Assembly: GCA_023261545.1 (NCBI GenBank)
Contig: JAHFOS010000005.1
Coordinates: 1 to 58,910 of the forward strand
Direction: 5' to 3'
DNA length: 58,910 nucleotides
Source: a bacterium
Lineage (GTDB): Bacteria; Planctomycetota; JADGBV01
Part shown: piece after piece, positions 20,283-29,555 of the stretch
Layout: every line of letters begins with the position of its first letter
How positions within the stretch are numbered: the first letter of the stretch is position 1
Program-made: the position numbers and the translations under genes
The notes under the pieces: generated by a model
The model's database searches: none
What the model saw: the letters and a program-made list of their open reading frames with translations, nothing else
Told to the model about the DNA's origin: nothing

Positions 20283-20870
20283 ATGGCTGTTCTAGTCGGA
20301 AGAGACGCACCGGATTTCAAGGCTAACGCCGTCGTCAAGGGCGAGATCAAGGAAGGGTTCACCCTTTCACAGTTCAAGGGCAACAAGTATGTCGTCCTGT
20401 TCTTCTACCCCCTCGACTTTACCTTCGTGTGTCCCACGGAGCTGCACGCTTTCCAGGAGAAACTGCGCGACTTCGAGTCCCGCAACACCCAGGTGATCGG
20501 TGTCTCCGTGGATTCCTGGTTCAGCCATTTGGCCTGGGTCAACACGCCCAAGGGCGTGGGCGGCATCCAGGGCGTGACCTACCCGCTGGTTTCCGACCTG
20601 AGCAAGACCATCAGCGCCGACTATGACGTGCTTGTGGACGGCGTGGGCATTGCCTACCGCGGGCTGTTCCTCATTGACAAGGCGGGCAAGGTGCGCCACC
20701 AGGTGGTGAACGACCTGCCGCTGGGCCGTAGCGTGGACGAGGCGCTGCGCATGGTGGACGCCCTGCAACACAACGAGAAGCACGGCGAGGTGTGTCCCGC
20801 CAACTGGAAGGCCGGCGCCAAGGCCATGAAAGCCACGGGCCCGGGACTCAAGGAGTATTTCGGAGGCTGA
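20283..20870 (+). CDS. ahpC: 2-Cys peroxiredoxin (AhpC/TsaA)
   Basis: [13 protein letters not shown] and GEVCPANW; AAGGAG RBS. Confidence 0.96.
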   Translation: MAVLVGRDAPDFKANAVVKGEIKEGFTLSQFKGNKYVVLFFYPLDFTFVCPTELHAFQEKLRDFESRNTQVIGVSVDSWFSHLAWVNTPKGVGGIQGVTYPLVSDLSKTISADYDVLVDGVGIAYRGLFLIDKAGKVRHQVVNDLPLGRSVDEALRMVDALQHNEKHGEVCPANWKAGAKAMKATGPGLKEYFGG

Positions 20871-20882
20871 TTTCGCGTTGGC

Positions 20883-20906
20883 CGGGGGAGGCGCGAGCCT
20901 CCCCCG
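20883..20906 (+). terminator. GC-rich hairpin after ahpC (possible terminator)
   Basis: CGGGGGAGGC-GCGA-GCCTCCCCCG; weak U-tract. Confidence 0.5.
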
Positions 20907-20966
20907 TTGCCCGAAATCCAGGTCGGGGGGGTTCAATTGCAGGAGGGGCGGGAAGGGGTTGGCCGC

Positions 20967-21716
20967 GTGAGCGCTGAACTGGGCGTCGGCTTTGCGGATT
21001 GGGTTTCCTCCTTCTTCCAAGCCGCGGGAGTGGTTCCCTCCGCCATGGTGGCTTCATTTCTGGAGGAACGGTTTGCCCGCTACGGCGACGCGCTCACGCC
21101 CGAGGAGTTCGGAGAAGCGGCGACGCGCTGGTTGGCCGAGTGGTTCTGCGCCGATCCCCCCGTGGGCGGGCATGCGGAGATCGCCGAGCAGCTCTTTCAC
21201 ATCGCCCATAAGCGCAAGACCTTTTTCGCCTCTCTGCTGTTCGGCGACGAGGAGGGGCGGCGCGCCATGCTGGCGGAATATTTCGCCGGTGACGAGACCC
21301 ACTACCAGGCGGTCGTGGAGCAGGATCTCATCCCCAAACTCGCCGAATTTTTCCGCCGCGCGGTGGATGAGTTCCGCAACAACGCCAACCCCCAGGGCCA
21401 GGAGCGTCCCGATTGGGACGAGGCCATCTCGCGCTTCGTGGACGACGGCCTCTTCCTAGAGTTCGCCCGCAAGTTCCAGGAGCAGGAGGGGCTGGAAGAG
21501 CTGGACGAGGAGCTCTGCGCCAAGGTTTTCTACCGCGTTTTCAAGGAGCACTTCGACACCCGCAAAGGCCTGGGGCTGGTGGAGATGATCGAGGTGGGGG
21601 AAAAACATCCCGCGGAACTCAAAAAGATGAGCCTGATGCAGGAGTACGACGACATCCGCGCGCTGCTCCTGAAATTGCAGCTCACGGGCAAAATCCGCTC
21701 GCGCAATTACCGCTGA
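20967..21716 (+). CDS. Hypothetical alpha-helical acidic protein (start uncertain)
   Basis: Long ORF with host-like codon usage; no recognised motif. Confidence 0.65.
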   Translation: MSAELGVGFADWVSSFFQAAGVVPSAMVASFLEERFARYGDALTPEEFGEAATRWLAEWFCADPPVGGHAEIAEQLFHIAHKRKTFFASLLFGDEEGRRAMLAEYFAGDETHYQAVVEQDLIPKLAEFFRRAVDEFRNNANPQGQERPDWDEAISRFVDDGLFLEFARKFQEQEGLEELDEELCAKVFYRVFKEHFDTRKGLGLVEMIEVGEKHPAELKKMSLMQEYDDIRALLLKLQLTGKIRSRNYR

Positions 21717-21736
21717 AGCGGCGCCATCTATCTTCG

Positions 21737-21946
21737 TAAGCGTTCAGCTATGTTACAGAAATCCCAGCCGTTCGCCCTTTATCCCACGCTTTGGGGGATG
21801 AGCCTGTCGAAGGGTGAATGGCGATGGAGGCTCGCGGCCCGTTCATGCTTCGACAGGCTCAGCACGAACGGGCCTGGCTGCTGACCCCGCAATGCGTAAG
21901 CTCGAATCATGGGGTGAACGCTTGGTGAACGCTTGGTGAACGCTTA
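21737..21946. mobile_element. MITE-like element family 3 carrying a TTCGACAGGCTCAGCACGAACGG REP-like hairpin
   Basis: TA-AGCGTTCAGC ... GGTGAACGCT-TA ends, with the right end tandemly triplicated; homologous to 42979..43193 (inverted) and 40837..40970. Confidence 0.7.
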
Positions 21947-21970
21947 ACGATCTTCTAAGGGAGACAAAGC

Positions 21971-22420
21971 ATGCGCGAATCCATCCTTTTCGCGGCCCTG
22001 GCGGGCTTGGCCTGGGGCACGGGCGGCTTCATGGAGAAGGCCGGCCTTAAGGCCCTGGGCCTGCCGGCCTTGGGCGGCATCACGCTGCGCAGCGCCGTCG
22101 CGCTGGTGGTGTTGGGCGCCCTTTCCCTTCCCGCCTGGAAGGCATTGGCGCATCCGCGCTCGGGGCAGGGCTGGTTGCTGCTGGTCGTGGGCGGCGGACT
22201 CATCGCTGGCAGCCTCGGCATGTGGAGCTTCTACCGCTCCCTGGAGACCAGCACCAACCTGGGCGTGAGCCTGGCCATCGCCTTTGCTGGCGCTCCCGTG
22301 GCGGGAACGGCTATCGGCCTGCTGCGCGGCACGCAAAATTTGAGCTGGACCACAAGCCTTGGCCTGCTGGCCATCATCGGCGGAACCGCCTTGCTGCAGC
22401 TCGGGAGGGGTCCGGGTTAG
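21971..22420 (+). CDS. Single-EamA (DMT superfamily) small membrane transporter
   Basis: Five hydrophobic helices, AWGTGGFMEKAGL, FYRSL. Confidence 0.75.
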   Translation: MRESILFAALAGLAWGTGGFMEKAGLKALGLPALGGITLRSAVALVVLGALSLPAWKALAHPRSGQGWLLLVVGGGLIAGSLGMWSFYRSLETSTNLGVSLAIAFAGAPVAGTAIGLLRGTQNLSWTTSLGLLAIIGGTALLQLGRGPG

Positions 22421-22518
22421 CTCACTTTCCGGCTCTAACGGCCATGGGGGCGCCCGCGGCCTTGCGGTTCGGGTAACGAGCCTACCCTTGCCCCCCCATT
22501 TCTCGTCGAGGAGTTCCG

Positions 22519-22782
22519 ATGGCGGTCCGCTTGCGCCTGCAGAGGGTTGGTAGGAAGAATTACGCCCAGTGGCGCGTGGTGGTCACAGACCGGCACAAGG
22601 CCCGGGATGCCCAGTGCCTGGAAGTGCTGGGATGGTACGACGCCCACCGCAAGGACGGGACCGAGAAGGTTGACCTCGATAGGGTCCAGCACTGGATCTC
22701 CCTCGGGGCCGAGCCCACTCCGGCGGTGAAGCAGATCGTGAAGCGTTTTAAACAGCGACAGGCGGCGGTCGCCAAGGCGTGA
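22519..22782 (+). CDS. rpsP: 30S ribosomal protein S16
   Basis: MAVRLRLQRVGRKN...EVLGWYD...WISLGAEPT. Confidence 0.96.
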   Translation: MAVRLRLQRVGRKNYAQWRVVVTDRHKARDAQCLEVLGWYDAHRKDGTEKVDLDRVQHWISLGAEPTPAVKQIVKRFKQRQAAVAKA

Positions 22783-23462
22783 AGTTCAGTTTCCTCACGC
22801 TGTTTCCGGATCTGTGCCGGGCCATGATGTCCTCCGGAGTCTTGGGACGCGGCGTAAGCCGCGGACTCCTGGACGTGGAGGCCGTCAACATCCGCGCTTT
22901 CGCGGGCGATACTTACGGCACGGTGGACGATCTGCCTTACGGCGGGGGTCCCGGAATGGTGATGAAGGCGGAGCCTATCGTGAAGGCGGTGGAAAGCCTG
23001 AGCCTCGAAGCTGGTTCGCGGCTGTTGCTGCTGTCGCCCCGCGGCCGCGTTTTCAACCAGTCGCTGGCGCGCGAGCTCTGCGCCGCCCCGCGCATCGCCT
23101 TCATCTGCGGGCGCTACGAAGGCATTGACGAGCGCGTGCGCCTGCTCCTGCAACCCGAGGAAATTTCCGTGGGGGATTTCGTGCTCACGGGCGGCGAGGC
23201 CGCGGCCCTCGTCATCGCGGACGCGGTGGGCCGGCTCATCCCCGGCGTGCTGGGTTGCTCCGACTCTTTGAGCGAGGAATCGTTTTCCGCGGAGCACGGT
23301 GATTTGGAACACCCGCATTACACGCGTCCGCAAAATTTTCGCGGCTTGTCCGTTCCCGAGGTGCTGTTGAGCGGCCACCACGGGGAGGTCGCAAAATGGC
23401 GCCGCGAGCAGTCCGAGGCCCTCACGCGCGAGCGTCGGCCCGATCTGCTGGCGGCGGTTTGA
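22779..23462 (+). CDS. trmD: tRNA (guanine-N1)-methyltransferase
   Basis: VDDLPYGGGPGMV, CGRYEGIDER, SVGDFVLTGGE, HYTRP. Confidence 0.97.
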   Translation: MKFSFLTLFPDLCRAMMSSGVLGRGVSRGLLDVEAVNIRAFAGDTYGTVDDLPYGGGPGMVMKAEPIVKAVESLSLEAGSRLLLLSPRGRVFNQSLARELCAAPRIAFICGRYEGIDERVRLLLQPEEISVGDFVLTGGEAAALVIADAVGRLIPGVLGCSDSLSEESFSAEHGDLEHPHYTRPQNFRGLSVPEVLLSGHHGEVAKWRREQSEALTRERRPDLLAAV

Positions 23463-23477
23463 AAACAGGAAAGGCCC

Positions 23478-23897
23478 ATGAAGAAGCAAGCTGTCCACGA
23501 TTTTGAAAAACGCCAGGCCACGCGCGTCTGGCCGGAATTCTCCCCGGGCGACACCGTCGTGGTGAGCTACCGCATCGCCGAGGGCGAGACCGAGCGCGTG
23601 CAGACCTTCAAGGGAACGGTCATCGGCCGGCAGGGCGAGGGCATGGGCCGCACGTTCACCGTGCGCAAAATGACCCAGGGCGTCGGCGTCGAACGCACTT
23701 ACCCGTTGCAGTCGCCGCTCATCGCCGACATCAAAATAGAGAAGCGCGGCATGGTGCGCCGCGCCAAGCTCTACTACCTGCGCCACCGCGCCGGGCGCTC
23801 CACGCGCATCACCGAGCGGCTTTCCCGCCATGGCGTGGAACTCGAATCCGGCGAGGCGCAGCCCGCCGCGGCCAGCGCGGATCCCGCCGCGCCCTGA
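23478..23897 (+). CDS. rplS: 50S ribosomal protein L19
   Basis: PEFSPGDTV, ERVQTFKG, GVGVERTYP, VRRAKLYYLR. Confidence 0.97.
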   Translation: MKKQAVHDFEKRQATRVWPEFSPGDTVVVSYRIAEGETERVQTFKGTVIGRQGEGMGRTFTVRKMTQGVGVERTYPLQSPLIADIKIEKRGMVRRAKLYYLRHRAGRSTRITERLSRHGVELESGEAQPAAASADPAAP

Positions 23898-23900
23898 CGA

Positions 23901-24356
23901 TTGCCCGTGACCCGGCCCAGGCCCCTGGGGGGGACCCTAGAAACCCTAGGGTCGCTGGAGAAAACCAGCGCGCATGATCCCACCGCCACGGGGGCGCGCG
24001 CTGAAGAAGCGGCTTGCCTGTGGCTGCGCGCACGATCCTTTGCCATCCTGGAGCGCAACTACAGGATTCCCCAAGGCGAAATAGACATCATCGCCCGCGA
24101 CGGGGCGGAATTGGTTTTCGTCGAGGTCAAATTCCTGGCGGACACGCGCCGCTATTTTCCCGAGGAGCAACTGACGAAACAGAAACGCCGCCGCCTCACG
24201 CGGGCTGCCGCTGCCTGGCTCGCCAACTGTCCGCAGCACGCTGGTCCTTGCCGTTTCGACGTCCTGGCCGTCACCCCCGGAGCCTCGGGGTCCTACGAGG
24301 TGCACCACGTCCCCGCCGCCTTCGAGGCGGAAGAAAACCGATGGCCGAATCGCTGA
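23901..24356 (+). CDS. yraN: YraN/UPF0102 family protein
   Basis: GARAEEAA, ILERNYR..QGEIDIIA, LVFVEVK, CRFDV. Confidence 0.9.
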   Translation: MPVTRPRPLGGTLETLGSLEKTSAHDPTATGARAEEAACLWLRARSFAILERNYRIPQGEIDIIARDGAELVFVEVKFLADTRRYFPEEQLTKQKRRRLTRAAAAWLANCPQHAGPCRFDVLAVTPGASGSYEVHHVPAAFEAEENRWPNR

Positions 24357-26116
24357 AGCTTTTCATCCAGGTGGCCAACCGCGCTGTCGCCGCGGGCGGG
24401 GCGGAGCTCGCCCGCAAAGCGGCGGCGGCGGGTCATCAGGGGAGCGCCGGAGAACTCGTGGCGCTGCTGAGGAAACACGCCGGGCTCTTCGACGGCGAAT
24501 TTGCCGCCCAACTGCCGGGCCTGGAGAAACACCTGGCCACGCGCTCTCAGGACAACCTGCGCGCTATGATGGAAGTGGTGGGCGCGCGCCTGTCGCAGCT
24601 CGCCTCCGGTCCAGTAGCGCCCGCCGGGGCTGTGCCCGTGGCCACCGCGCCGGCTCCCGAGGAGGATTTCAGCGCGCTGCTACAGCAGAAATCCGTGGAC
24701 GAGATGAGCGAGGAAGAGCGCGCCGCCATCGCCGTGAAGGAGGGCGCCGCGCACGCGGAGGAGTCCGTCGTCCAACATGTAGAAGTCGCAGATCAAAGCT
24801 ATCTTGACGAGCTGCTTTCCGAGGCGGAAACGCCTTCGCCAGCGTCAGCTCCCGCTCCTCCTCCGCCTCTTGCCGCGGGCGCCGCGGCTGAGCCGGCTCA
24901 TGAAGAAGACTTCAGCGCGCTTTTGGAACAGAAATCCGTGGACGAGATGAGCGAGGAGGAGCGCGCGGCCATCGCCCTCAAGGAGCACGCTGCGGCTTCT
25001 CCGCCAGCCATCGCTGAAAAAAAGCCCGAAAAACCGAGCACGCCTGATTTAAAACCAGAAAAACTGGAGGAAAAAGCGCCGGACGAGCTCGACGCCCTGC
25101 TGGCAGGAACGGACCCGACACCGGAGGCTGCCGAGGAAAAAAAACCTGAAGATGTGAGCCTTCCGGAAAAAAATCCCGCTGAGCAGAAGCCGGCAGCACA
25201 GGAGGAGCTCGACGCCCTTTTGGCAGGTGAGCCCGCCGCTGCCGCCGAGGTGGCCGGCGCTGAAAAAAATCCTGGAAAAGTGAGCCCGCCGGATATAAAT
25301 CCCGATAACGTGAAGGAAGAAACGCAGGACGAGCTCGACGCCCTGCTGGCCGGTGAGGGCGCGGCGCAAGGGGCCACCGCGGGTTCCGCGAGTGCGGCGG
25401 CGGGCGATCCCCTGGACGCGCTGCTGGCTGGTGGCGGTGATCCTGTGGAAGAGGCGCGCCCGGCGGAACCGCCTGCGGCAGCGGCTAAAGACGAAGGTGG
25501 CGAGGGCCTCGATGCTCTGCTCCAGGATATCGGCGGTGTTAGCAGGGAGGATGAGAGCGCCGCTGATATTATCCAGGATCAGCCCGCCAGCGGGGTCCAG
25601 GGTCACCCCGCCGACAAGGCTTCCCCCGCGCCCGAAGACGAAGCCGCGAGCGAAACCGAGGTCGAAACCTTCCTTGAGGACGTGCCCGGTGAGGAAGACA
25701 CCGGCATCACGGGGATGATCGAAGCCCTGCAAGAACCGACGGCCGGCGCGGAGAAGGAGGACATCACCGACCTCCTGAGCAAGGCCACCGGCCGGGAGAT
25801 CAAGGAGACGGACCTCGAGAATGATCCCGGCGGTTCCGTGACCCTCGACGAGCTCATCCATGACGCCGAAGAGTCTTTGAAGGGAGGCGTCACGGGCGAG
25901 CGCGTGGTGGCCGAGGACTTCAAACTCGAACAGGCCGGGCAACTGCTCTACAAAGGACCGGACGAGCAGGAAATGCGCAGGGTGCTCGAAGAAGCGGTGC
26001 TGTGCGGCCAGACCGCGGGGATCAAACTTACCAAGGTCATCACCCGCGAGATCGTGCGCACCGAGACCGAGGTGCGCGAGCTTCCGTTCAAGATCCGCGT
26101 CGAGATAGGCGCCTGA
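24341..26116 (+). CDS. Acidic, largely disordered repeat protein with multiple LDALL motifs
   Basis: ATG 24341 overlaps the end of yraN; very Glu/Asp/Ala/Pro-rich; duplicated EEDFSALLxQKSVDEMSEEERAAIA. Confidence 0.75.
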   Translation: MAESLKLFIQVANRAVAAGGAELARKAAAAGHQGSAGELVALLRKHAGLFDGEFAAQLPGLEKHLATRSQDNLRAMMEVVGARLSQLASGPVAPAGAVPVATAPAPEEDFSALLQQKSVDEMSEEERAAIAVKEGAAHAEESVVQHVEVADQSYLDELLSEAETPSPASAPAPPPPLAAGAAAEPAHEEDFSALLEQKSVDEMSEEERAAIALKEHAAASPPAIAEKKPEKPSTPDLKPEKLEEKAPDELDALLAGTDPTPEAAEEKKPEDVSLPEKNPAEQKPAAQEELDALLAGEPAAAAEVAGAEKNPGKVSPPDINPDNVKEETQDELDALLAGEGAAQGATAGSASAAAGDPLDALLAGGGDPVEEARPAEPPAAAAKDEGGEGLDALLQDIGGVSREDESAADIIQDQPASGVQGHPADKASPAPEDEAASETEVETFLEDVPGEEDTGITGMIEALQEPTAGAEKEDITDLLSKATGREIKETDLENDPGGSVTLDELIHDAEESLKGGVTGERVVAEDFKLEQAGQLLYKGPDEQEMRRVLEEAVLCGQTAGIKLTKVITREIVRTETEVRELPFKIRVEIGA

Positions 26117-26128
26117 TCCCGGCCCGGG

Positions 26129-26911
26129 GTGGGCCTCCTCGACTCCCACTGCCACCTCCACCACTGCGCGGAGGATGCGCTCGTCCTGCTTTCCCGCGCG
26201 CGGCAGGCGGGGCTTTCCGGAATCGTGCAGGTAGGAACCGATGTCGCGAGCGCCCGCTTCGGGCTTGAACTCTCGCGCCGCGCAGGACTCCCCATTCCGG
26301 TCTATCCCAGCGCCGGCCTCTATCCCACGCGCGCCGCCGGTCCCTGGCGCGAGGAGTTGCCGCCCTTGCGCGAGCTTCTCGCCGCGGGCGGCATCCGTGC
26401 GGTGGGCGAAGCCGGACTCGACCGCCACCACGCGGCGGAGTGCTTCCCCGAGCAGGTCGCGATGTTGCGCGCCCAGCTCGAACTCGCCTGTGAATTCAAG
26501 CTCCCCATCATCCTGCACTGCCGCCAGGCCGCGGCCCCGCTGCTCGAACTCATCGCGGATTTTCAAGGAGCAGGGCTGCGGGGCGTCTGGCACTGTTTCG
26601 ACGGCACCCAGGAGGAGGCCGCACTCGCCATCGAGCGCGGCCTGCATCTCTCGCTTTCAGGCCTGGTCACTTTCAAGAGCGCCAAGGCGCTTCAGGAGGT
26701 GAGCCGCGGGCTCCCGCGCGAGCGCCTGCTGATCGAGACCGACAGCCCGTACCTTTCCCCCGTGCCGCTGCGCGGCCGCCCCAACGAGCCCGCCCACGTC
26801 GTCCACGTGCGCGACTTCCTCGCGCAACTTTTCGGGGAAGATCCCGCCCGGCTCGCGGAAACATTCGCGGAAAACACGCGCGCGCTGTTCGGGATTCCCG
26901 AGGAGAAGTAG
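26129..26911 (+). CDS. tatD: TatD family hydrolase
   Basis: DSHCHL, VGEAGLD, LHCR, WHCF, IETDSPYLSP, NEPA. Confidence 0.93.
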   Translation: MGLLDSHCHLHHCAEDALVLLSRARQAGLSGIVQVGTDVASARFGLELSRRAGLPIPVYPSAGLYPTRAAGPWREELPPLRELLAAGGIRAVGEAGLDRHHAAECFPEQVAMLRAQLELACEFKLPIILHCRQAAAPLLELIADFQGAGLRGVWHCFDGTQEEAALAIERGLHLSLSGLVTFKSAKALQEVSRGLPRERLLIETDSPYLSPVPLRGRPNEPAHVVHVRDFLAQLFGEDPARLAETFAENTRALFGIPEEK

Positions 26912-26948
26912 GGACGCGCGCGGGAACGAAGCTATGTCACCAGCCTTA

Positions 26949-27167
26949 GAGCCTGTTTAAAAAGTATTTTTAGTGTCACCATTTTTGTTTTTTAAAAGAA
27001 TATTTTGCCACAGAGGGCATAGAGAACGGACAAGAATAAGATGAAAAATCCATTGAAAATTAAAAATTATGTCGGAGGCCTACGCTCAGGCTTAGCATGG
27101 CTCGGTGAACTCTCTGTGCCCTCTGTGTTCTCTGTGGTGAAAGAATTCGTATTTTTTAAACAGGCGC
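26949..27167. mobile_element. MITE-like element family 1 (type B) with TTA target duplication
   Basis: TTA|GAGCCTGTTTAAAA...TTTTAAACAGGCGC|TTA; reverse-complement homologue of 50826..51053. Confidence 0.85.
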
Positions 27168-27454
27168 TTATAAAATTTTCACGCAGATCCCCCTTGGCGC
27201 ACTGGGCGATAAACTCTTGGTTTTCTAAAACAAAATGCCGGGGAAGATGAACCGCCAAGTGCGCCAAGAACGCCAAGAAGATCAGCAAATATCATGCGTT
27301 TGAGCGCCGAATCGCCCGACCCGTCGCCAAGCCCGGCACGTGCGCGCCGGCTCTGGCAGGCCTGGCTTTGGGCGACGCTGGGCTTGTATCTCGTCTTTTA
27401 CCTGCACGGGGCCGGCAGCCGCACGCTGCGGCGCCTCGTGGAGCTTTTATTCTG

Positions 27455-29437
27455 ATGGCCCTGCAGATCCTCGCTGCCCTGGAGGTCCTGGCCCTGGCGG
27501 CGCTGCTGCCGCTGCTCGCCGCCGCTCTGGGCCGGCGCCTCCTGGGGGGGCGGCCCGCGCCCGCCGAAAGCGCGGCCCTGGGCTTGGCGGCCATTTCAAT
27601 GGTTGTTTACGGGCTGGCCTGGGCCGGAAATATGAGCGCGCTCAATTTGAAACTGCTCACGCTGGCGCTGGCGATTTTGCTGTGGCGCGAAATGGCCGGC
27701 CTGCTCGCGGGCCTCATCGCGGGAGCGCGGAGGCTGTGGGCGGGGTTGGATCGACCGGAGGGCGCGTTGCCGCAGAGGACGGGACTCTCACAAGCAGGGC
27801 TCCAACAAACCGGGCACCCAATGGGGGGGCACCCGTTGGGTGCCCCCCCACAAGGGGCGCCCCTACTGCTGCGCGCGTTGCTGTTGCTGTTGGTCGGTCT
27901 TGAAATGATGCGGCTGTTCCGCTGCCTGCTGCCGGCCTTGGGCTGGGACGCCCTGGGCTATCACTTGACGCTCGCGGACGCCTACCTCACGCGCGGCGCG
28001 CTCGATCCCCCGCCCTGGTATTTCCCCGCCGACCGCCGCGTCAGCCCCGCGGGGGTGCTGCTCAAGGCGTGGCTCATGGCTTTCGACAGCGAGGGCCGCG
28101 TCGTGACCGTCATGAACGGCGCGCTGCACGCGGTGCTGATCGCAGAGATCGCCAGCCTGGCCGCGCTGTTGTTGCCCTTGCGCCTCGCCCTTCTCGTGGC
28201 CGCTGCCTACGCCGCGCTTCCCGAAGCCGCGGTGCACGCCGCTGGCGCTGGCGACGAGATGCTGTTGAGCCTCATCCTCTTGGCGGGGCTGCGGCGCGTG
28301 CTGAAGCCCGCGACTTTGCTGGTTTCAAAGCGCATGGCCCCGCTGCTTGGATTGCTGCTCGGGTTCGCCCTTGCCATCAAGATGACGACCGTCTTCTGGA
28401 TGCTGCCGCTGGTTCCCTTGCTGCTTTGGCGCCAGCGCCGCCGTCCCCTGCGAGGACTGCTTTTTCTCGCGCTGCTGGCGCTTGTGGCCGGCGGCTATCA
28501 CGGTCACAGTTACTCCCGCTACGGCGCCGTTTTTCCCTTCGAGCGGCACGCCAACCTGCTTTATTCCGGGCAACCGGGTCAGCCGCGCGTGCTGGCGGGC
28601 GAGGAGATCCGCGCCGAGCGCAAAACCCTGGGGCTTGAGCGCGATTTCAATGAAGTGGATATCCTGGACAACTGGCGCAGCCGCACCTGGAGCAATCTGC
28701 GCGCCCTGCCGCGCGTTCCCGCCGGGCCGTTCTTGCTCTGGTTGTTGCCGTTCTTTTTCCTGCGCCCCGCGTCACCGCGCTCCTGGCGGCGCGCGGCGTT
28801 GGCGGGTCTGGGTTTTGCCGCCTTTGTGCTGCTGGCCAGCGCCGCGGCCTGGCATTTCACGCCCCCGGCTTTCTTCCGTTACCACCTGCCCACCTGGGCC
28901 GTGCTCGTCGCCGCGGCCATGGTGGGCGTCGCGGGTTGGTGCCATCAACGCGGATGGGAGAGCACGCTGGTCCTTCCGCTGTCGGCCCTGCTGATGGTCG
29001 CCTTCTTCCTCGAAGGCCGGCAAATAGCGGCGCTCACCCTGGATCGGCCGGTCCTCGATCCCGCCCGTTATCGGCAGCGCTATGTGGCGGATGGCCCGTT
29101 GGCCCTGCGCTTGACGGCACTGAAAAAGCCTGGCGAGGCGGTCTTTTACATCGGCCCAGCCTCTTTCCTGTTTCGCGGACCGCGCGTTTTTCCCGCTCAA
29201 CTCGGCAACGAGGCGGGCTGGCGCCGTATCTCCGATATCGAGAGCTTTTTGGTACAAGAACATATCCAGTGGTGGGTCACGAGCGCCGCCTGTTCCAAGC
29301 TGGATCCAGCCTACGAAGCTCTCACGGACTATTTTTTGCAACACGGGTGGTTGAGCCTGGTCGAGAAATTGCCCGCGGGCCAGATTTTTCGCGTGCTTCC
29401 GAGCGCCTCTCCGACTGCACGGCCCGCACCGCTTTAA
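27455..29437 (+). CDS. Polytopic membrane protein, putative GT-C (ArnT/PMT-like) glycosyltransferase
   Basis: Many TM helices, WDALGYHL loop motif, ALAIK, FFRYHLP, and a C-terminal periplasmic domain. Confidence 0.65.
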   Translation: MALQILAALEVLALAALLPLLAAALGRRLLGGRPAPAESAALGLAAISMVVYGLAWAGNMSALNLKLLTLALAILLWREMAGLLAGLIAGARRLWAGLDRPEGALPQRTGLSQAGLQQTGHPMGGHPLGAPPQGAPLLLRALLLLLVGLEMMRLFRCLLPALGWDALGYHLTLADAYLTRGALDPPPWYFPADRRVSPAGVLLKAWLMAFDSEGRVVTVMNGALHAVLIAEIASLAALLLPLRLALLVAAAYAALPEAAVHAAGAGDEMLLSLILLAGLRRVLKPATLLVSKRMAPLLGLLLGFALAIKMTTVFWMLPLVPLLLWRQRRRPLRGLLFLALLALVAGGYHGHSYSRYGAVFPFERHANLLYSGQPGQPRVLAGEEIRAERKTLGLERDFNEVDILDNWRSRTWSNLRALPRVPAGPFLLWLLPFFFLRPASPRSWRRAALAGLGFAAFVLLASAAAWHFTPPAFFRYHLPTWAVLVAAAMVGVAGWCHQRGWESTLVLPLSALLMVAFFLEGRQIAALTLDRPVLDPARYRQRYVADGPLALRLTALKKPGEAVFYIGPASFLFRGPRVFPAQLGNEAGWRRISDIESFLVQEHIQWWVTSAACSKLDPAYEALTDYFLQHGWLSLVEKLPAGQIFRVLPSASPTARPAPL

Positions 29438-29468
29438 CGAAAGTGAATGCGGATCGCGAGAACAGCTC

Positions 29469-29546
29469 TTGACTTTGAATAATTTGGGAATATAATACCA
29501 AAGTTGTGAATAAATTTTCCCAAAATATTCTCGGAATTAGTTTTCC
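29469..29546 (+). promoter_or_regulatory. Sigma70 promoter with three imperfect palindromic operator-like boxes
   Basis: TTGACT(29469)-N16-TATAAT(29491); boxes GGGAATATAATACC, GTGAATAAATTTTCCC, GGAATTAGTTTTCC. Confidence 0.7.
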
Positions 29547-29555
29547 AAGAATTTG

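Noticed and set aside
21913-21945. (GGTGAACGCTT)x3 and the other repeats as CRISPR
   Set aside because: No spacers, units too short, and no cas genes in the window.
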